A DNA stretch of 64,000 nucleotides from Bordetella parapertussis (lineage in GTDB: Bacteria > Pseudomonadota > Gammaproteobacteria > Burkholderiales > SG8-39), in NCBI GenBank assembly GCA_945892985.1, contig CAMDDU010000004.1, forward strand, positions 9,910 through 73,909, given 5' to 3'. Under the pieces are notes generated by a model. The model was not told the DNA's origin and made no database searches. It worked only from the letters and a program-made list of their open reading frames with translations. The position numbers were made by a program, and so were the translations under genes. Position 1 is the first letter of the stretch; the number at the start of each line of letters is the position of its first letter. Below are positions 45,017 to 52,704 of the stretch, one piece after another.

Positions 45017-46261
45017 TCAGGCCACGGTCGCCGGCGCGTGCTGTCTGAACCACTGCAGCAGATGTAGCGCAGATTCATCGACGTTCAACACCCGCTCGGT
45101 GCATTGGGCAATCGTCCGCATTTCATCCGTCCCGGCTTGCGTCATCAAAAGTCTGCCCATCGCGCCCCCAAACGCCTCGATACCTCGACCAATCAACACG
45201 ATCGCGGCACCCGTTTCCGACAGCCAGGCCCCCGAACCAATTTTATCCGTCATGAGTGTGCGCGTCCCGAGCAGGGCCGCCTCGACTGCAGAGTAGTTAA
45301 AGGTTTCGATCCAGGAGGGCACCAAGTGCAGATCTGCCGCGGCGTAGTACTGTTTGACTTGTTGCGATTCAATATTGCCGGTGAAGATCACCTTCGCATC
45401 AAGCTTCAACTCGCGCACAATGCCCTCAAGGTGCTGACGATAACTACCCAAGCCCTCCACCTGCCGGTCGCCCCCGCAAACAAGTAATACGGCTTCAGGC
45501 GACGCTCGTACCGCCAATGCAAAACCCTGGATCGCAAGTTCAATCCCCTTGAACGGGGTCAGGCGGCACATGATCAGCGCTATGCGGCAGTTTTCTTGCA
45601 AGCCATGCCCTTGGATTACGCTCGTTCTAGCCTGTGCCCGGAATAAGGCCATGTCTTCATTGAGCAGCATCCTGTCGATGCAATGTAAGGGGATAACGGT
45701 GATGCGCTCGGGGCCGATGCCCGCCTTGATCATGACATCTCGTGTGACCCGGGAGTTAGCCCGCAAACCGTCGGCTCTCGAAAAAACCCATTTTTTTACC
45801 CTTGCCTTCAGCCAACTTGTGGGCTCGCCCGGGTAACCCAAGGTCACGCCCAGGTTTTCGTGGTCATGCACGCATAACACCCACCGGATACCGATAAACG
45901 GTGCTAAAAGCGCGACGAATTTTCCCAAGCCGTCACCCTCCACCATGTAGATATCGCAACGCGTGCGGGAAATGAAATTCGCAATGGCGATAAGACTGGT
46001 GAAAAACCGCCTCCCCCCGAGAAACGGCTTCAGGAGCTTATCCGGGAGCCAGACCCAAGGGTTGCGCTTCTCATTGTGAATACCCCATATGTTCACCCCA
46101 TCTTCCTCAACACGGCTGAGTCGAACCACGGTAGGCAAGCGCTGATCTTCGGTAAAAACGTGAACTTCATTGCCCGAACGCTGCAGCGCCTTGGCCACGT
46201 CCAAATGCACTGAGCGCCATATGCCTGCTGCCAACATTCCGATGCGCATCTGCTTTCTCAT
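45017..46261 (-). CDS. Glycosyltransferase family 4 (GT-B)
   Basis: LHLVPSWIETFNYSAVEAALLGTRTLMTDKIGSG (E-x7-E-like) and a GT-B layout. The start could instead be the M at codon 5. Confidence 0.7.
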   Translation of the reverse strand: MRKQMRIGMLAAGIWRSVHLDVAKALQRSGNEVHVFTEDQRLPTVVRLSRVEEDGVNIWGIHNEKRNPWVWLPDKLLKPFLGGRRFFTSLIAIANFISRTRCDIYMVEGDGLGKFVALLAPFIGIRWVLCVHDHENLGVTLGYPGEPTSWLKARVKKWVFSRADGLRANSRVTRDVMIKAGIGPERITVIPLHCIDRMLLNEDMALFRAQARTSVIQGHGLQENCRIALIMCRLTPFKGIELAIQGFALAVRASPEAVLLVCGGDRQVEGLGSYRQHLEGIVRELKLDAKVIFTGNIESQQVKQYYAAADLHLVPSWIETFNYSAVEAALLGTRTLMTDKIGSGAWLSETGAAIVLIGRGIEAFGGAMGRLLMTQAGTDEMRTIAQCTERVLNVDESALHLLQWFRQHAPATVA

Positions 46262-46326
46262 TTTTTTGTTTCCCGCCCCGATCTGGAGCTTCTTGACCCT
46301 GCCTCGATTCGGCGGACGCCGCAGGC

Positions 46327-47487
46327 CTAGACAGCCAGCGTGCCTCTGGCCGCAATCAAAGACCGATACAAGCGGGCCAACTTTGCCGCCATCGCCTCGG
46401 TTCCAAGACCCGACACCGCAATCCGTGCAGCCCTACCCATTGTTTCTGCCTGCGCAACTTCGTTTAACTTTCCCATCGCGAGGGCCAATCCCACAACATC
46501 GCCCGCCTCGCACACTCCACCCCCGACGCCCTGTTCCACGAACTCCGCCGCGCCGCACTGGGTCGTCGTGATGACGGGCAGACCGCTTGCCATGGCCTCC
46601 AGCGCCGCATTGGGGAAGGGGTCGTAAAGCGTTGGCAATACGAAACAGTCGGCAGCCCCGTACCAAGGCTTTACGTCCTTCTGCGGACCCATGAAATGCA
46701 CGCGCGGTGCAACACCCAGTTCCATACACAGCCGCTGCATAGCCTTTTGCCGCTTGTCTTCCCCGACCACAAGCAGATGTGCGGAGGCCAAAGCGGGCAT
46801 CGCCCGAAGCAGTTGCGGCAATCCTTTTCTCTCGAAGCCCGACCCAACGAAAAGATAAAGCATCGTTTCGGGCGCAAGCCCCATAGCGGCACGCACAGCC
46901 AATCGTTGGGATTTGAGCCGCGGGTGGAAAACATCAAGATCAACACCGTTATAAACAACGTGCAGCTTTTCTTCAGGCGTTCCAAAGTGGCGGCGGATTT
47001 CGTCGCGAACCATTTTGGAGTTGCAGATCACCGCCCTCAGCCTTGGGCTTTTGAACAAGCGCCGTTCCGCCGCCAAAAGAAAACGGTGGTATGGGTTCAG
47101 CGCCAGTCCGATGCGGCCTGCGGCCCCCAGCACGCGCGCCCGGTTTTCCAGCCATTGCGCATGCACGCCGTCACCGGCACGATACACATCGCAGCAGGCA
47201 ATGCGCTCATGGGATTGCACAAGGTCAAATTCCCTTTCGGAAAGCGCCCGGCACACGGCGCGCGAGAAACTCCAGTCGCGCCATGTCCGCCCCAGGAAAA
47301 AAGGCTCGCATCGCACCAACTCCGTTGCACCCTGCCCGACGGCACCGTCACTCCAGTCTCGCGCAAACACCGTTACGGCCACGCCTTCGTGCGCCAACGC
47401 GGTCACGGCTCGGGAGACGAAGCGCTCCGCCCCACCGTAGGGGTTATACCGTTGTCTGACAATGGCGAGTTTCATGCGAGGGGACAT
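46327..47487 (-). CDS. Glycosyltransferase family 4 (WaaG/RfaG-like core glycosyltransferase)
   Basis: MKLAIVRQRYNPYGGAERFVSRAV.. N-terminus, and FVLPTLYDPFPNAALEAMASGLPVITTTQCGAAEFV (E-x7-E). Confidence 0.75.
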   Translation of the reverse strand: MSPRMKLAIVRQRYNPYGGAERFVSRAVTALAHEGVAVTVFARDWSDGAVGQGATELVRCEPFFLGRTWRDWSFSRAVCRALSEREFDLVQSHERIACCDVYRAGDGVHAQWLENRARVLGAAGRIGLALNPYHRFLLAAERRLFKSPRLRAVICNSKMVRDEIRRHFGTPEEKLHVVYNGVDLDVFHPRLKSQRLAVRAAMGLAPETMLYLFVGSGFERKGLPQLLRAMPALASAHLLVVGEDKRQKAMQRLCMELGVAPRVHFMGPQKDVKPWYGAADCFVLPTLYDPFPNAALEAMASGLPVITTTQCGAAEFVEQGVGGGVCEAGDVVGLALAMGKLNEVAQAETMGRAARIAVSGLGTEAMAAKLARLYRSLIAARGTLAV

Positions 47488-47562
47488 CGCGCCATGCGAC
47501 GAATCGTCAAAACAACGTAGCGATCCACGATCGGCAAGCTCGTGTTTCTGGTGAAGCGCAAT

Positions 47563-48678
47563 TTAACCGACAAGCAATGCGCGCGCAGCGTTCAGCACGG
47601 CCTCAACCGGCAAGGTCTCCAGGCAATCACTCACCTTGCTGCCCCCGCACCCGTCGTTGCCGCAAGGCCTGCACGGGTGAAGGCTCGAACTGACGACCCG
47701 GTGCGCTACCGCCCACGGCCCCCATTCCATCTCTCCGCTCGGCCCGAAAAGCGCCACCACCGGTGTACCCATCGCAGCGGCCATATGCATGGGCGCCGAA
47801 TCAACGCCGATAAAGAGGCGGGCACGGCGCGTCAGTTCCGCGAGCGTTTTCAAGGAGAGCCCCCCCGCAAGACTCAAAGGCTTCGTCCTGGCCTTGGCAA
47901 GGACTGCATCGATCAACGCCGTTTCATCCTGGGTCGGCGCCGCTGTGATCACCACCCTTTGCCCACTCTCTTGCAGCAGATCGATTAAGTGTGCCGTGCG
48001 CTCGGCAGGCCAGCACTTGAATTGCCAGCGCGAGGCAGGATGCAGATGAATGAATCCGCCCGCCGTAAGCGCATGCTTGGCAAATAAAGCATCCACTTCC
48101 ATCTCGGCCGCCACTCCCGGGACCAGGGTCAATCGCCTTTGCTCGGGCGCGGCATACACGCCAAGGCGCCGCAATGCGTCAAGATTCCACTCAACCATGT
48201 GGCGGCGCGGATTCTTCGCCATGGCGAATCGGTGGGTGAAACTTTTTTTCCACTGTTGGCTGCGCCCGGCGTAATCAGGGGCGACCGCATACCGGGGTTT
48301 AAGCAGTCGTACCAACGCCGCGCCACGGGGATTCTCAGACAGATGAATGATCAGGTCATAATGACGTTTGCGCAACGCCGAATACAGGCGCCACTCCGCC
48401 GCCAGGCGCGAGAAGAAGGGGAGCCTCTTCCAGTTCCTGTCAATGTCATGGATTTGCGCAATGGCCGGGTGCAAGGCAAGCATGTCACGCGTGTCGGAAT
48501 AGACAAGCGCATCGATCTGCGCCGCCGGGGCGTGGGCTTTGAGCGTCGTGAACACGGGAGAGGTCAGCAACACATCGCCGTGATGGCGCAACTTGATGAC
48601 CAAAACGCGCACGACGCCGCTCAGGTCAATGGCATCTTTCAACATGACCGGCAAGATAGCAGAAAAGCGCCCCTGCAT
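47563..48678 (-). CDS. Glycosyltransferase family 9 (putative LPS heptosyltransferase III type)
   Basis: VRVLVIKLRHHGDVLLTSPVFTTLKAH.., FIGVDSAPMHMAAAMGTPVVALFGPS, C-terminal CRPCGNDGCGGSKVSDC. It is the first gene of the minus operon. Confidence 0.8.
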   Translation of the reverse strand: MQGRFSAILPVMLKDAIDLSGVVRVLVIKLRHHGDVLLTSPVFTTLKAHAPAAQIDALVYSDTRDMLALHPAIAQIHDIDRNWKRLPFFSRLAAEWRLYSALRKRHYDLIIHLSENPRGAALVRLLKPRYAVAPDYAGRSQQWKKSFTHRFAMAKNPRRHMVEWNLDALRRLGVYAAPEQRRLTLVPGVAAEMEVDALFAKHALTAGGFIHLHPASRWQFKCWPAERTAHLIDLLQESGQRVVITAAPTQDETALIDAVLAKARTKPLSLAGGLSLKTLAELTRRARLFIGVDSAPMHMAAAMGTPVVALFGPSGEMEWGPWAVAHRVVSSSLHPCRPCGNDGCGGSKVSDCLETLPVEAVLNAARALLVG

Positions 48679-48908
48679 TCCGCTCTCGGTTTGGTGAAGT
48701 CAAAAAGTAAGCAAGCGCTTACAGCTTACAGTTTTCAGTTAGGCTCGCGCTTTAATGGCCCGCGATGCTGCCATCGAAGCTTTTGCTACGTCTACGTGTC
48801 ACCGGACACCAGACGTCGTCCGCCGATTCGCCACTTAAACTCGCTTTTTTCCATTTTTGCAGTGATGCACAACACCACGAATCTACATTGGGAAATTATC
48901 GTTACGCC

Positions 48909-48938
48909 TTGACTTATCAGGTTTTTTAAAACTATAGT
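48909..48938 (+). promoter_or_regulatory. Sigma70-like promoter for the ZapB-like/zapA(/6S RNA) unit
   Basis: TTGACT (48909-48914), an 18-nt spacer, then TATAGT (48933-48938). The -10 element ends 6 nt before ATG 48945. Confidence 0.45.
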
Positions 48939-48944
48939 ACTCCG

Positions 48945-49136
48945 ATGGATAGTGAACTTACCAGCCTTGAGGAAAAGATCGATCGCACGGTGGCACTCTG
49001 CCAGCGATTGCGCACCGAAAACCATGACCTCCGACAACAACTTGTCAATGCGCAAAGCGACAACAAAAACCTAGCCGAAAAGGTGGAAGCCGCTCGCGTC
49101 CGTCTCGAAACCATATTGCAGCAAATCCCTGAATGA
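48945..49136 (+). CDS. Small coiled-coil protein, ZapB-like (TIGR02449-type) family
   Basis: 63 aa with heptad-rich sequence (LEEKIDRTVALCQRLRTENHDLRQQLVNAQSDNKNLAEKVEAARVRLE). ATGA-type overlap with zapA. Confidence 0.55.
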   Translation: MDSELTSLEEKIDRTVALCQRLRTENHDLRQQLVNAQSDNKNLAEKVEAARVRLETILQQIPE

Positions 49137-49441
49137 CCGCTAAAGCCAAAGCCCTTGATATCAGCATAATGGGCCGCAATTACAAAGTCGCCTGCGCTGA
49201 AGAGGAACGCGAAGCGCTGCTACAAGCGGTGAGCTACATTGATCGAAAAATGAACGAGATCAAGGTGGCGGGAAAAGTTGCCAGTCTGGAACGTATCGCT
49301 GTCATGGCCGCGCTCAATATCACCCACGAGTTGTTATCGCAAAAAATTGGTGGCTTTGATACTGGCGAAATGCGGCGTAGAATAAATGCCATGCAGGTGA
49401 CGCTCGACGAAACACTGTCAAAGCAAGACAAGTTGTTCTGA
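49133..49441 (+). CDS. zapA: Cell division protein ZapA
   Basis: ISIMGRNYKVACAEEEREALLQAVSYIDRKMNEIK..ERIAVMAALNITHELL. The size (102 aa) and the zapA-ssrS synteny both fit. Confidence 0.8.
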   Translation: MTAKAKALDISIMGRNYKVACAEEEREALLQAVSYIDRKMNEIKVAGKVASLERIAVMAALNITHELLSQKIGGFDTGEMRRRINAMQVTLDETLSKQDKLF

Positions 49442-49533
49442 CAATGCGGTTCGCTTTCGCAAGTTAGCGGGTTTCATGCCAGTGCAACTGGGTCCAACTG
49501 GGTCAAGTGTTAGCCGGGTCGCCCCATCGTATC

Positions 49534-49717
49534 AATGTCCCCTGCGATGTGCGTTAAGGCCAGCATCTTCTTGAACCAATTTCTCCAATGGCCGCCGACC
49601 ATTGCGCCACTGTTGTGCGCGTCCCATTGCCGGATGTGCCTGATGTGACCGGAACGCGGCCAAATTGAACCGCAAGGTTCAGGGGATAGGTCTGACGGCA
49701 TTTGCGGGGGGCGCCAT
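49534..49717 (+). ncRNA. ssrS: 6S RNA
   Basis: It lies directly downstream of zapA, as in E. coli. The 3' arm TTGAACCGCAAGGTTCAGGGGATAGGTCTGACGGCATTTGCGGGG parallels E. coli UUGAACCAAGGGUUCAAGGGUUACAGCCUGCGGCGGCAUCUCGG. The 5' arm CCCCTGCGATGTGCG..CTTCTTGAACC can pair with it to form the closing and internal stems. The ends are approximate (+/-10 nt). Confidence 0.75.
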
Positions 49718-49724
49718 TCCAAAC

Positions 49725-49756
49725 AAAACGCAGGCAGATGCCTGCGTTTTGCTTTT
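49725..49756 (+). terminator. Rho-independent terminator after 6S RNA
   Basis: Perfect 11-bp stem AAAACGCAGGC / GCCTGCGTTTT with loop AGAT, running into TTTTGCTTTT. Confidence 0.8.
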
Positions 49757-49860
49757 GGCGGATCAGCACAAAAACCACGCGCCCAATTGCCTCCCCTTTT
49801 AGCCTCCCCTTTTCGCCGTGAAGGCTTTACCATTCCTTGTTTCAATCTGAATACTCCCCC

Positions 49861-49876
49861 ATGCGCTACTGGCTGA
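49861..49876 (+). repeat. Candidate att core repeat, left copy
   Basis: ATGCGCTACTGGCTGA versus ATGCGTTACTGGCTGA at 50835-50850. The right copy is the start codon and first codons of the EVE-domain gene. Confidence 0.5.
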
Positions 49877-49962
49877 GTAACACGGATATAAATAGCTAAC
49901 TTGTTGATAATAATAAATTTATTATCATTTCTACCACTCAATAAAAAGGCCATTTTCTATAT

Positions 49963-49985
49963 TGGGTGGGAATCTGGGTGGGAAT
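49963..49985 (+). repeat. Tandem TGGGTGGGAAT motif (2 units), candidate integrase arm-type sites, left
   Basis: TGGGTGGGAATCTGGGTGGGAAT, 22/23 identical to 50715-50737. Confidence 0.55.
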
Positions 49986-50127
49986 ATAGTTCGCCTGCCT
50001 CGCGGCAAGCCCTAGGGGGTACCGGGGTACATGGGCTTTCCGTGCTCACCCCTGCCGCCATTGAATTGGCCTCATGGATACACCCCCGCCCCTTGAGCCT
50101 TTCTATTTTCCGGCGCAAAATTTTTTC

Positions 50128-50457
50128 ATGGAATGGATCGAAGCCTTTGCGCTCATGCCATTCGAGCGCCCGCTAATCTGGCTCATGCTCTGGCCTGCGC
50201 CTTCCCTCTATGCCTGGGCAGAGGGGTATCGGTCTAAGCGGCTTTACTTGGTCAATCTACTGATCGGCTGGCTCCCGCCGTTCTGGCTGATTACTTGGTG
50301 GCTGGCGATATTCCCGCCGATGCTTGAGCGACCTCTGCCAGTTTGGTCGCCACGATTTCACTCTCCTTGGAAAGCAAGAATTCCCATTCCGCTGCTGGAT
50401 CATGCCCAGCGCGACGTGCAGCCTTCCAACCCCCAGCAATGGAACGGGCTTGGGTGA
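50128..50457 (+). CDS. Possible small membrane protein (superinfection-immunity-like), 3' part probably not genuine
   Basis: MEWIEAF..LIWLMLWPAPSLYAWAEGYRSKRLYLVNLLIGWLPPFWLITWWLA resembles the ..NLLLGWT..GW.. pattern of small phage immunity proteins. Beyond ~50300 the ORF runs antisense to the integrase fragment and looks non-coding. Confidence 0.25.
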   Translation: MEWIEAFALMPFERPLIWLMLWPAPSLYAWAEGYRSKRLYLVNLLIGWLPPFWLITWWLAIFPPMLERPLPVWSPRFHSPWKARIPIPLLDHAQRDVQPSNPQQWNGLG

Positions 50458-50692
50458 GCGATTGCTGGCCGTGACGCAGCCAGTCTGGGATACTCTCGCC
50501 TGACCCACCGTCGCGTGAATACCCGCCGATGGTGTACTTTGTTCGGCTTCCCTGAAACTCATATTCGATCACCCATGTTTTTGTCCCGTGCGGTCGTATC
50601 CGCAGAAACAATCCATCACCATCACCTAGTAGCCGGTCACGTTTCGGATCGGGCTTTGCTGTTTCACAAGTTACAGCGGCAAGCTTACCCAT
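50291..50692 (-). pseudogene. Truncated phage/P4-type integrase (arm-binding DUF4102-like N-terminal domain only)
   Basis: DGDGLFLRIRPHGTKTWVIEYEFQGSRTKYTIGGYS...SLTQARSIAGGWKAARRAGHDPAAE matches the N-terminal arm-binding domain of tyrosine integrases. The ORF stops after 133 aa and no catalytic core (R..HxxR..Y) is present anywhere nearby. Confidence 0.7.
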
Positions 50693-50702
50693 ATCGCCTC
50701 CT

Positions 50703-50737
50703 TGGGTGGGGTTTTGGGTGGGAATCTGGGTGGGATT
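50703..50737 (+). repeat. Tandem TGGGTGGGnnT motif (3 units), candidate integrase arm-type sites, right
   Basis: TGGGTGGGGTTT TGGGTGGGAATC TGGGTGGGATT, lying just upstream of the integrase fragment start. Confidence 0.55.
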
Positions 50738-50834
50738 TTACAGGACGATCAAGGAACAATCCAGCAGGCAGTCGGTCTTATTCCCCCTTAAATACAGGGG
50801 AGAGCGCGCAACTCAGGAACAATAAGGAATCTAT

Positions 50835-50850
50835 ATGCGTTACTGGCTGA
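50835..50850 (+). repeat. Candidate att core repeat, right copy
   Basis: ATGCGTTACTGGCTGA, which is the 5' end of the EVE-domain CDS. Confidence 0.5.
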
Positions 50851-51299
50851 TGAAGTCCGAACCCAATGAGTTCTCCATTGATGACCTTGTCGCGGCGAAA
50901 CAGCAATCGACGCCGTGGGTCGGCGTAAGAAACTATCAGGCGCGCAACTTCATGCGCGACCAGATGCAACAAGGCGATGCGGTATTTTTCTACCACTCCA
51001 GTTGCCCCGAACCGGGCATTGCCGGGCTCGCCGAGGTCAGTTCGCCAGCCTATCCGGACGCCACGCAATTCGACAAAAACAGCCATTACTTCGACCCTAA
51101 AGCGACATCCGAAACGCCGCGCTGGATGCATGTCGATGTCAAACTGGTCAAGAAAACCCGGTTAATAAGTCTCACCGAACTTCGTGGCCACGATGAACTG
51201 GCGGAAATGCGCATCCTGGCGCGCGGCAACCGTCTGTCGATCACACCCGTAACCCCCGCAGAATGGCGCTTCATCAACCAAAAACTCATCGCAAAATAA
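50835..51299 (+). CDS. EVE (PUA-like) domain protein
   Basis: [18 protein letters not shown]...[25 protein letters not shown] is the typical EVE/DUF55 N-terminus. AAGGA Shine-Dalgarno 6 nt upstream. Confidence 0.8.
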   Translation: MRYWLMKSEPNEFSIDDLVAAKQQSTPWVGVRNYQARNFMRDQMQQGDAVFFYHSSCPEPGIAGLAEVSSPAYPDATQFDKNSHYFDPKATSETPRWMHVDVKLVKKTRLISLTELRGHDELAEMRILARGNRLSITPVTPAEWRFINQKLIAK

Positions 51300-51307
51300 A
51301 CCATCCC

Positions 51308-52375
51308 ATGGCTCTCCAGAACGACACCTTCATCCGCGCACTGCTGGGCCAGCCAACGCCCTACACCCCCATCTGGCTGATGCGCCAGGCCGGACGCTAC
51401 CTGCCTGAATACAACGCCACCCGAAAGCGCGCCGGGTCCTTTCTGGGCCTGGCCAAATCACCGGCCTATGCCACCGAAGTCACATTGCAGCCGCTTGATC
51501 GCTTTCCCCTGGATGCAGCCATACTTTTTTCGGACATCCTCACCGTCCCCGACGCAATGGGGCTGGGCCTTTATTTCGCCGACGGAGAGGGGCCCAAGTT
51601 CAAACATCCCCTGCGCGATGAACGCGCCATCATGGCGCTGGCACAACCGCCAATGGAAAGCCTGCGCTACGTCACCGACGCCGTTGCGGAAATCCGCCGC
51701 GCCCTGTCCGGGCGCGTGCCGCTGATCGGCTTTTCCGGCAGTCCATGGACCCTCGCTTGCTATATGGTCGAAGGGGGCGGCAGTGATGACTTTCGCACCG
51801 TTAAATCAATGCTCTACGCCCGCCCTGACCTGATTCATCGCATCCTGGAGGCAAATACGATAGCGGTTACGGCCTACCTGAACGCGCAGATCGAAGCGGG
51901 CGCGCAGGCGGTGATGATTTTTGACACCTGGGGTGGCAGCCTCGCCCATCAGGCCTTTCACGATTTCTCTCTTGCCTATATCCAGCGCATCCTCGTCGGA
52001 CTAAAACGCGAGCACAATGGCGAGCGCATACCCAGCGTGGTATTCGTCAAGGGTGGCGGCGCTTGGCTGGAAGCCATTGCCAGCTCCGGCTGCGACGCTT
52101 TGGGCATCGACTGGACGCTGGATATCGGCGAAGCACGCGAGCGCGTCGGTAATCGCGTGGCCTTGCAAGGCAATCTGGACCCGATGGTATTAATGTCATC
52201 GCCCGCTGCAATCGCACGCGAAGCCAGGGCCATACTCGACGCCTATGGTCCCGGACCAGGACACGTTTTCAACCTCGGACACGGCATTTCTCAATTTACC
52301 CCGCCGGAAAACGTTGCAGTTTTAGTTGAAACCGTGCATCAGCACAGCAAAGCGCAACGCCAAAACAAGCGCTGA
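51308..52375 (+). CDS. hemE: Uroporphyrinogen decarboxylase
   Basis: Internal ATG 51308. [31 protein letters not shown].. and [12 protein letters not shown] are canonical HemE motifs. Confidence 0.9.
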   Translation: MALQNDTFIRALLGQPTPYTPIWLMRQAGRYLPEYNATRKRAGSFLGLAKSPAYATEVTLQPLDRFPLDAAILFSDILTVPDAMGLGLYFADGEGPKFKHPLRDERAIMALAQPPMESLRYVTDAVAEIRRALSGRVPLIGFSGSPWTLACYMVEGGGSDDFRTVKSMLYARPDLIHRILEANTIAVTAYLNAQIEAGAQAVMIFDTWGGSLAHQAFHDFSLAYIQRILVGLKREHNGERIPSVVFVKGGGAWLEAIASSGCDALGIDWTLDIGEARERVGNRVALQGNLDPMVLMSSPAAIAREARAILDAYGPGPGHVFNLGHGISQFTPPENVAVLVETVHQHSKAQRQNKR

Positions 52376-52422
52376 AAAAAAATCCCATTGCCGCAGGCTT
52401 CCCACTTCGTTGATGCCCTCAC

Positions 52423-52431
52423 TTATGCACA
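52423..52431 (+). promoter_or_regulatory. DnaA box (TTATGCACA, fits TTATNCACA)
   Basis: Exact match to the 9-mer consensus, in the hemE-priA intergenic region. Confidence 0.4.
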
Positions 52432-52586
52432 ACAGTCCGCCCCAAGCCAATACCGGCGCGGGTTTTCGGGCAGTTCAGAGGGGGAGTTCGCAACCATTTG
52501 TTTTAAATAGGTTTAAATACCCGCCAAAAAATTGTGCATGGTGAAAATATCCTTTACTTCAGTATAGTTACCGTACCACTACAAGA

Positions 52587-52621
52587 CTATCCACAAACTT
52601 ATCCACAGAAAATGTGTAGAA
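52587..52621. promoter_or_regulatory. Cluster of three DnaA-box-like 9-mers
   Basis: CTATCCACA (52587-95, 8/9), TTATCCACA (52599-52607, 9/9), and inverted TGTGTAGAA (52613-21, 8/9 to TGTGNATAA). An AT-rich tract at ~52495-52580 lies immediately upstream. Confidence 0.5.
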
Positions 52622-52704
52622 CTGGAAAACCTCATTTGTACCAAGGGCCTTAAGCAATTTCTCGCAGAAGAAGGTTTAGCTTCGCGGCGGAAGTTTATTT
52701 ACCG

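Larger units (their letters stand above)
49861..50850. mobile_element. Degenerate remnant (~1 kb) of a tyrosine-recombinase integrative element
   Basis: It is bounded by a 16-nt direct repeat (15/16 identical). Nested 23-nt direct repeats (22/23) sit ~90-100 nt inside each end. It contains only the arm-binding N-terminal third of an integrase plus an AT-rich segment. Confidence 0.55.

Noticed and set aside
49485-49504. Tandem 10-mer CAACTGGGTC x2 upstream of 6S RNA, and the tandem GCCTCCCCTTTT x2 at 49789-49813
   Set aside because: There are only two units each and no spacers, so this is not a CRISPR or VNTR array. They are likely small replication-slippage duplications. They are mentioned only as context for the ssrS region.
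49906-49926. GATAATAATAAATTTATTATC, an imperfect palindrome reminiscent of a Fur box
   Set aside because: It is 21 nt rather than 19, has an asymmetric centre, and lies in AT-rich mobile-element debris with no iron-related gene nearby. The resemblance is probably compositional.
49510-49953. 147-aa minus-strand ORF spanning the 6S RNA, its terminator and the att region
   Set aside because: It runs antisense through a structured RNA gene and a terminator hairpin and has no protein-family resemblance. It is most likely spurious.
52376-52704. Calling the hemE-priA spacer the chromosomal origin (oriC) outright
   Set aside because: There are only four box-like 9-mers, no dnaA/dnaN/gidA-type neighbours in the window, and I cannot compute genome-wide GC skew. 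It is kept as a hypothesis in the findings, not as a feature call.
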